Virus record (IMG/VR): IMGVR_UViG_3300025133_005019
Reading direction: 5' to 3' (one strand)
Source of the DNA: an uncultured virus (IMG/VR IMGVR_UViG_3300025133_005019)
Taxonomy: Duplodnaviria > Heunggongvirae > Uroviricota > Caudoviricetes
DNA: 64,000 nucleotides
The notes below the pieces were generated by a model. It had not been told where the DNA came from. It was given only the letters and a program-made list of their open reading frames with translations, and did not search any database. A program made the translations under genes and the position numbers. Within the stretch, counting starts at the first letter, position 1. Every line of letters begins with the position of its first letter. Positions 58,292 through 64,000 of the stretch are shown in pieces.

Positions 58292-59656
58292 ATGAGCAAA
58301 GACTTTGAGAACGTACCAAAATCAAAAGGAGATACAATTTGTCCAATGCCATGGAACTCAATCAATCTTAGAAATAATGGTGATTTGAGAATATGTTGTA
58401 ATACAAATTCGTATTCCCCTCAACGTGGCATAATGAGAAAAGAAGATGGCACTCCTTATAATGCTGGCCGTGATGATTTTAATGAAGCCAGAAATGCTGT
58501 GCTACTGAAGGATGTTCGCAAGACTATGATGGAAGGCGAATGGCATCCAGAATGTGAACGTTGCAGACAAGAAGAAATAAATGGAATCAAGTCAAGACGA
58601 GAATATGAAACTGAAGATTGGGGACTCTCTGAAGCACAAATCCACGAAGTCACAGAAGATGACGGAACACTTGCCGTTGAAGAACAGAACATAGACTTCT
58701 TTGATATTCGTTATGGTAATTTCTGTAATCTAAAATGTAGAATGTGTGGACCCACAGATTCACATATGTGGTATGATGACTTTGTAACGATACACGGCAA
58801 GACATCATACAAAGATACACACGACCTCATTCAATTAGTACAAAATAACAAAGGCAAATGGTCTACTGACCAATATGATTGGTTTAAGAATGCTGACCAT
58901 TACTGGGAACAGTTTGAGAAATATTGTACTACTGCTAAGAAATTATATATAGTTGGTGGTGAACCATTAATCATCAAGGAACACCAAGAAAGTTTAGAAA
59001 AGTTAGTTGCAAGTGGTAATGCGCATAACATAGAGATTGAATATAATTCTAATCTAACTATGGTACCAACCAGACTGGTATATCTATGGGAACAGTTTAA
59101 GCAGATTCGTATTGGTGTTAGTATCGATGGTTGTAATGATGTATTTGATTATCAACGAACACCAGCAAAGTTTCCAGCAGTCTATAAACATATGAAAACA
59201 TTAAACGACAATAAACGAATAAATCTGAAAGCATGGTTTGCCTTCACAGTTACTCCAATGAATGTATATCATATGCCAGAGTTTATGAAATGGAAGTTAG
59301 AGAAATCTGGATTAGATAAGTTTAATCCTCATCACAGTCCGCGACCAACAATAACACAACATGTGTGTCACTCACCTAAATATTATAACATTAAAGTGTT
59401 ACCAGAAAAGAACAAGCAAGAAGTAGTTGCATTGTATGAAGAATATAAAGACTGGGTAAAGGCTAGTGACCACCCAGAGAAAACGAAGAAGCATTTCTGT
59501 ACGGTATTAGACTCAACTGTCAGATTTATGTTGAGTGAAGATTATTCTGAGGAATGGCTAGATGGATTTGTTGATATTACAAAGAAACTTGACGAAGCAC
59601 GAGACCAAAACATATTAGATATCGTTCCACAATATGAGGATTTGTTTTGCACATAA
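58292..59656 (+). CDS. Twitch-domain radical SAM protein (paralog of 56074)
   Basis: ICPMPW, ICC, CERC, CNLKCRMC, GGEP. Confidence 0.88.
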   Translation: MSKDFENVPKSKGDTICPMPWNSINLRNNGDLRICCNTNSYSPQRGIMRKEDGTPYNAGRDDFNEARNAVLLKDVRKTMMEGEWHPECERCRQEEINGIKSRREYETEDWGLSEAQIHEVTEDDGTLAVEEQNIDFFDIRYGNFCNLKCRMCGPTDSHMWYDDFVTIHGKTSYKDTHDLIQLVQNNKGKWSTDQYDWFKNADHYWEQFEKYCTTAKKLYIVGGEPLIIKEHQESLEKLVASGNAHNIEIEYNSNLTMVPTRLVYLWEQFKQIRIGVSIDGCNDVFDYQRTPAKFPAVYKHMKTLNDNKRINLKAWFAFTVTPMNVYHMPEFMKWKLEKSGLDKFNPHHSPRPTITQHVCHSPKYYNIKVLPEKNKQEVVALYEEYKDWVKASDHPEKTKKHFCTVLDSTVRFMLSEDYSEEWLDGFVDITKKLDEARDQNILDIVPQYEDLFCT

Positions 59657-60543
59657 CATCAGAAAACTTAGATTGTTGTATCGTAACACTATTCATTCAT
59701 AATGTTTGTAATTATAGTTGCTCATATTGTTCAGATTTTCATAGAGATGGAACGCAACGCTGGCCTACAGATTGGGCACCATATATAAAATTAATTGATG
59801 AGTTGAAAAAACGAAACAAATATTTATATGTAGAAGTATTAGGTGGTGAACCAACAGTGTGGCCGAAGTTCCAAGATTTTGTTGACACTATTTCTTCTGA
59901 CAATGTGTTCGTAGAGTACTCTACAAATGCGTCAAGAACTTTAAGATATTGGGAGAAATTTAGGGCTCAACGAGCATTTGTATTCTTATCGTGGCATTAT
60001 GAAGAAGCAGATGATGACCATTTTTATAAAGTTGCAGAGATAATGCAACACAAAGCAAGTGTATCTATTCCTCTTATGATTCTTCCAAACAACTTTGAGA
60101 GGGCAGTAACGTTGTTTGAACGATTAAAAGGATTAAAGGTTGAGATTACACCCAAGTTTGTAAGAAAATCTATTCACGGAACTGAATATTTTCAATACAC
60201 TGCCGAACAAAGAGAATGGATTACAAGTAACAATTATTTTAATATGAAAGACTTTGGACTAGATTGGACATTCCCTAGAAATTTACATTTTGATGGTGAA
60301 TCGATGCCATTTATGAAAGTGTTAGATAAGGAGTTACATCAATTTAAAGGCTTTACTTGTACTGCTGGTATGAAACGATTGATGGTAGAACCTGATGGTA
60401 ACATATTAAGATGTACTAAGAGAGTTGGAGGTTCACTTGGCAATCTACTAACTGGTGAGTATACTTTGCCAGACAAGCCGATTGTATGTGATTATAATGC
60501 ATGTCCTTGTAAACTGGACGCAATTGTGGAGAAATGGAACTAA
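59647..60543 (+). CDS. Radical SAM protein with C-terminal Cys cluster
   Basis: CNYSCSYC, GGEP, CTAG, CDYNACPC. Confidence 0.85.
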   Translation: MHITSENLDCCIVTLFIHNVCNYSCSYCSDFHRDGTQRWPTDWAPYIKLIDELKKRNKYLYVEVLGGEPTVWPKFQDFVDTISSDNVFVEYSTNASRTLRYWEKFRAQRAFVFLSWHYEEADDDHFYKVAEIMQHKASVSIPLMILPNNFERAVTLFERLKGLKVEITPKFVRKSIHGTEYFQYTAEQREWITSNNYFNMKDFGLDWTFPRNLHFDGESMPFMKVLDKELHQFKGFTCTAGMKRLMVEPDGNILRCTKRVGGSLGNLLTGEYTLPDKPIVCDYNACPCKLDAIVEKWN

Positions 60544-61496
60544 TGAAATACGAAGATTTAACAATAAATGATTTAGGAACGAGAAGACAACGACCAATGT
60601 ATATGTCTGCCTTTCATAAATTTAGAAAGAATATGGGAACAGAAGAATATCCGCGAGACCCACACAAATATACGCAGACATTTTTGACTGCCATTGACAA
60701 ATGGATAACGTCACACAAACGAGTAAAGTATGTAGGGTTAGATACATTTGATAGACGTGATGCTATTTTAGGAACAACTCATCAATTAGATGAATTACAT
60801 ATGATAAATGGTAAAAAAATAACAGTATATAAAGGCGAGTATAAATATCATCGACGATTGACAGACTACAAAGTTAATCAGATTACAGACTACACTCAGA
60901 TTAAAGAAGGAGATGTATTTGTAGTATCATATCCTTCTTGTATAACAACCGGATATCATAAAGATTTTGATAAATTACTAGACCACTGTCACTCTATAGG
61001 AGTTCCGGTTCATATAGATGGTGCATGGTTTGGTCAATGTAGAAATTTTGAGTTTGATGTTACTCATCCTGCTGTTAGGTCTATATCAGTCTCATTGTCT
61101 AAAGCATTAGGAATGGGGTCTCAACGAATTGGTATTAGATATTATAGAAGCGATGAGTTGCCAAATCCATCAGGACCGATACAAATAATGAACGACTTTA
61201 ATTATGCTAATGTATCTGATATGTGGATAGGTGTTAATATGATGGAACATTTCGGACCAGATGTTTGGTGGGATAGATATGAAGATTACTATACAAAAGT
61301 GTGTAAGGATTTTAATTTAGGAGAGACGAATTCCATTCATGTCGGATGGGATGATGAGGGCGACCAAGCAGGAATAAGAACAGCATTACGAATGCTGATT
61401 GATGGAATGTATGATGAACGAGGAACAGATAAAGGTCTGAACAAAGCAGAGATTGAAGATATTAAAATAACGGAGGAATCATGGAAAATAAAATAG
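60543..61496 (+). CDS. PLP-dependent fold-type I enzyme
   Basis: VHIDGAWFG, SLSK.LG...RIG. Confidence 0.7.
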   Translation: MKYEDLTINDLGTRRQRPMYMSAFHKFRKNMGTEEYPRDPHKYTQTFLTAIDKWITSHKRVKYVGLDTFDRRDAILGTTHQLDELHMINGKKITVYKGEYKYHRRLTDYKVNQITDYTQIKEGDVFVVSYPSCITTGYHKDFDKLLDHCHSIGVPVHIDGAWFGQCRNFEFDVTHPAVRSISVSLSKALGMGSQRIGIRYYRSDELPNPSGPIQIMNDFNYANVSDMWIGVNMMEHFGPDVWWDRYEDYYTKVCKDFNLGETNSIHVGWDDEGDQAGIRTALRMLIDGMYDERGTDKGLNKAEIEDIKITEESWKIK

Positions 61497-62200
61497 AATA
61501 TAACCCAGAGAATATAGCATTCGGAGAATATCCTACAGTATCAAGTATAGATATTTTTAAGAATAGAATTCACGATTTAAGAAATTCAGACGTAAAAAAG
61601 AAGTCAGGATTAAAAAAGAATAATTATTTTGCACCAATAACTGATGCAGAAAACAAATCATTAATGGACGAATTGAATGCACTAATGAATTACCGATTTG
61701 ACTGGGCATTTGAGTTTTTTCATTCGGGCGAACCTGCTAACTTACATACTGATAACGCAACTGTGCCTTGGGATGACGAGACTGAATGCCAAGTTGTTAT
61801 AGGATGTATAATTCCATTGACTTGGAATTGTTACCGTCACCCATACACTGTATGTTTTGATAAGATATCAGAGGTTCCACGAAAATTGATGTTTTCAAAT
61901 GGCAAAATGCGTTATCTAGATAATAAAGAAATCTATCCATACCAGCAAGAATTTCCTATGTGGGACAAAAGAGTTATGGACCATCACCCACGTGGCACAC
62001 AATACTTTGGAACGCATGGAGATGTAAGATGGCATTCTGAATATAAATGGAATAAAAGTACAATGTTTGTTTTTGATGTAAGAAGATGGCATTCATCAAA
62101 CTGGTTTGCTAAGGCGGGTCGTGTGACAGAAATTGATTCAGACTACAAAGAAGCGTTAATTGGATTTGGAAGTATTGATGTCCCGAGGAATTTAACTTAA
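61481..62200 (+). CDS. Possible 2OG-Fe(II)-type oxygenase
   Basis: LHTD and distal FD..RWHSS. Confidence 0.45.
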   Translation: MENKIEYNPENIAFGEYPTVSSIDIFKNRIHDLRNSDVKKKSGLKKNNYFAPITDAENKSLMDELNALMNYRFDWAFEFFHSGEPANLHTDNATVPWDDETECQVVIGCIIPLTWNCYRHPYTVCFDKISEVPRKLMFSNGKMRYLDNKEIYPYQQEFPMWDKRVMDHHPRGTQYFGTHGDVRWHSEYKWNKSTMFVFDVRRWHSSNWFAKAGRVTEIDSDYKEALIGFGSIDVPRNLT

Positions 62201-62204
62201 AATT

Positions 62205-63407
62205 ATGTTCACTGGAATCAATCACACTCGCAAAGAAGAGTTTAGTGTAGTATGGGACTTAGGTCGCAGATGCACCTATGCGTGTAGCTATTGCGGCCCA
62301 CATCATAGTAATAAAAATAGTCCTCTAGTTGAGATTGATAAACTTAAACACACATTAGATGGTATCGTTAAATATTCGCAGTTAATGGACTTATATAGAA
62401 AAGAGCCTCTTAAATTAGACATTGGATACACGGGCGGCGAACCAACACTACATCCTGCGTTTTTTGAGTTTGTGAGATATGCTAAAGAAACATATCCATT
62501 TATAAGGTCCAACATTACAACAAATGGATGTTATTCAGAGAAACAATGCAGAGAAATAATGGACTGTGTAAACAGTACTACACTAAGTTATCACGCAGAA
62601 GGCACACCAGAACAAAAGAAATTAGTAATAGCAAATATAAAATTAATGCACGAAAGTGGTTATAATTTTAGAATCAATCATATGTTTCACAAAGATTACT
62701 TTGACGAATGTATTGAGTTGGCAGATTGGTTTGACGAGTTAGGTATAACATACACTAGCAGACCTATAGGTGATAGCACCAACAAATCTGATTTATTAGA
62801 TGGAACAGCACACGAGTATACAGAAAAACAATTAGAGTATTTTAAAAACCAATGGACGCAGAAGCCTAAACCAAAACCAAAACCAAAAGCACCTTCTGGT
62901 GTAATGCATATGCAAACTACAGAAAATCCCAAAGCGAAAACATCACTTGAGACTATTGGCAGACCTTGTTGTAATGGCAAATGTTTAAGTGTTAAAGTTG
63001 ACGATGAATGGACTAAAAGTTTTAGAGTACCAACAACTAATTTTAAAGGCTGGAACTGTATGATTAACTGGGATTTTCTTTTTATTAACAGCGAACTAGA
63101 TGGTGTATGGCATCATCAGACTTGTCAAGTTGACATGGATGGACAAATTGGTCTAATTGGTAAAGCAAGTGACTTTGCTCCAATAATTGATAAGTTACGT
63201 ACAACATTACGTAGCGGAAAAATGCCTGTCATTAGATGTCCTAAGACACACTGCGGATGTGGACTATGTAGTCCTAAAGCATTAAATGATGAAGATGCTA
63301 AAGAGATTTTCGATAGTCGTACTCAGTACCTTGAGCCAGTATTTCAAGAGGACATAAAGGATATTAGCAAAGATGAAACTATAATTGGAATGTTTAAGGA
63401 GATTTAA
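62205..63407 (+). CDS. Radical SAM protein with C-terminal Cys clusters
   Basis: CTYACSYC, GGEP, TTNG, RPCC, CPKTHCGCGLC. Confidence 0.88.
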   Translation: MFTGINHTRKEEFSVVWDLGRRCTYACSYCGPHHSNKNSPLVEIDKLKHTLDGIVKYSQLMDLYRKEPLKLDIGYTGGEPTLHPAFFEFVRYAKETYPFIRSNITTNGCYSEKQCREIMDCVNSTTLSYHAEGTPEQKKLVIANIKLMHESGYNFRINHMFHKDYFDECIELADWFDELGITYTSRPIGDSTNKSDLLDGTAHEYTEKQLEYFKNQWTQKPKPKPKPKAPSGVMHMQTTENPKAKTSLETIGRPCCNGKCLSVKVDDEWTKSFRVPTTNFKGWNCMINWDFLFINSELDGVWHHQTCQVDMDGQIGLIGKASDFAPIIDKLRTTLRSGKMPVIRCPKTHCGCGLCSPKALNDEDAKEIFDSRTQYLEPVFQEDIKDISKDETIIGMFKEI

Positions 63408-63423
63408 AATAATTTATTTTGAG

Positions 63424-64000
63424 ATGAAAGATATAGTAAAACAATATGACATGAGACTTAATAAGAGTATATTTGTTGTAGACGGTCTACCCATTTATTT
63501 AGATTATAGACATAGTAACATTTCAGTTGACCTATCGGGCGGTGCTGACTCGGCACTCCTAGCATATCTACTTATTAATGAATTGAATAAAAGAAAACAA
63601 AAGTGTACTGTTCATTTAATAACACATAGAAGGCTTTGGAAAACTAGACCATGGCAAAAAATAATAGCCAAAAATGTCTTTGATTATCTATGTGCCATGA
63701 ATACATTTCTCAAACAACAACCACTTATGAGTAGTCTAATAACGATAGTGAGACATACAAATTTTATACCACCACTATTAGAGTCGGTTCATGTAAAAGG
63801 TATAGATGAAAGTAGAACTGCTGAGAATTTATGTGTTGATGAGTTTAGAGAAGTAGTAATGTTTGATTATGATATTGATATGATATATAACGCAACAACA
63901 TTGAATCCACCTATGCCAATAGAAGGAAGAGTACCATCAAGGGATAAAACAAAAATTGATAAACTTGATTTGTTGAACCGTGATGATAAAGAGTCTAATC
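63424..64000 (+). CDS. QueC-like PP-loop (adenine nucleotide alpha hydrolase) protein, 3'-truncated by the window edge
   Basis: MKDIVKQY...VDLSGGADSALLAY; open to the window end. Confidence 0.7.
   Translation, partial: MKDIVKQYDMRLNKSIFVVDGLPIYLDYRHSNISVDLSGGADSALLAYLLINELNKRKQKCTVHLITHRRLWKTRPWQKIIAKNVFDYLCAMNTFLKQQPLMSSLITIVRHTNFIPPLLESVHVKGIDESRTAENLCVDEFREVVMFDYDIDMIYNATTLNPPMPIEGRVPSRDKTKIDKLDLLNRDDKESN

Noticed and set aside
1..64000. Alternative genetic code (stop-codon recoding)
   Set aside because: Known genes are full length under the standard code, and TAA, TAG and TGA all occur as true stops
1..64000. CRISPR array, tRNA/rRNA, integrase/transposase, intron or intein
   Set aside because: No spaced repeats, cloverleafs or mobile-element motifs seen by eye; thyA, metK and rnh are uninterrupted. 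A tRNAscan/Infernal run would be needed to be certain.

Overview
AT-rich, densely coding window, mostly on the + strand and in the standard genetic code. It looks like part of a large (jumbo, T4-like) tailed phage, probably infecting an aquatic proteobacterium (inference). Support: a sliding-clamp-like gene, an RNase H/FEN nuclease, folA/thyA/tdk, many short hypothetical genes, near-consensus sigma70 promoters, and recurrent (G/T/C/A)ATAAATA boxes resembling T4 late promoters. Modules from left to right: (1) the end of a probable tail/baseplate gene, then glycosyltransferase-like genes and folA-thyA; (2) an ~16 kb glycan-tailoring island (sugar C-methyltransferase, DegT, cupin, SGNH, epimerase, UDP-sugar dehydrogenases, five sulfotransferase-like genes, NodU/CmcH carbamoyltransferase); (3) a tctC-tctA transporter with a structured leader; (4) a 7-deazaguanine pathway (QueD-like, TGT/DpdA-like, FolE, QueE) interleaved with a GT-B glycosyltransferase, a cytidylyltransferase-cupin and a phosphoribosyltransferase; (5) a secreted S8 protease, metK, rnh and a MoxR/vWA pair; (6) a radical-SAM/MtnN/PLP/2OG/QueC-like cluster. 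The best non-obvious signals are a probable overprinted gene inside queE, a 16-bp pseudo-palindromic operator shared by two promoters, a switch-like tctC leader, and a QueC-like remnant marking a module junction. All protein calls come from motifs recognised by eye; no searches were run.
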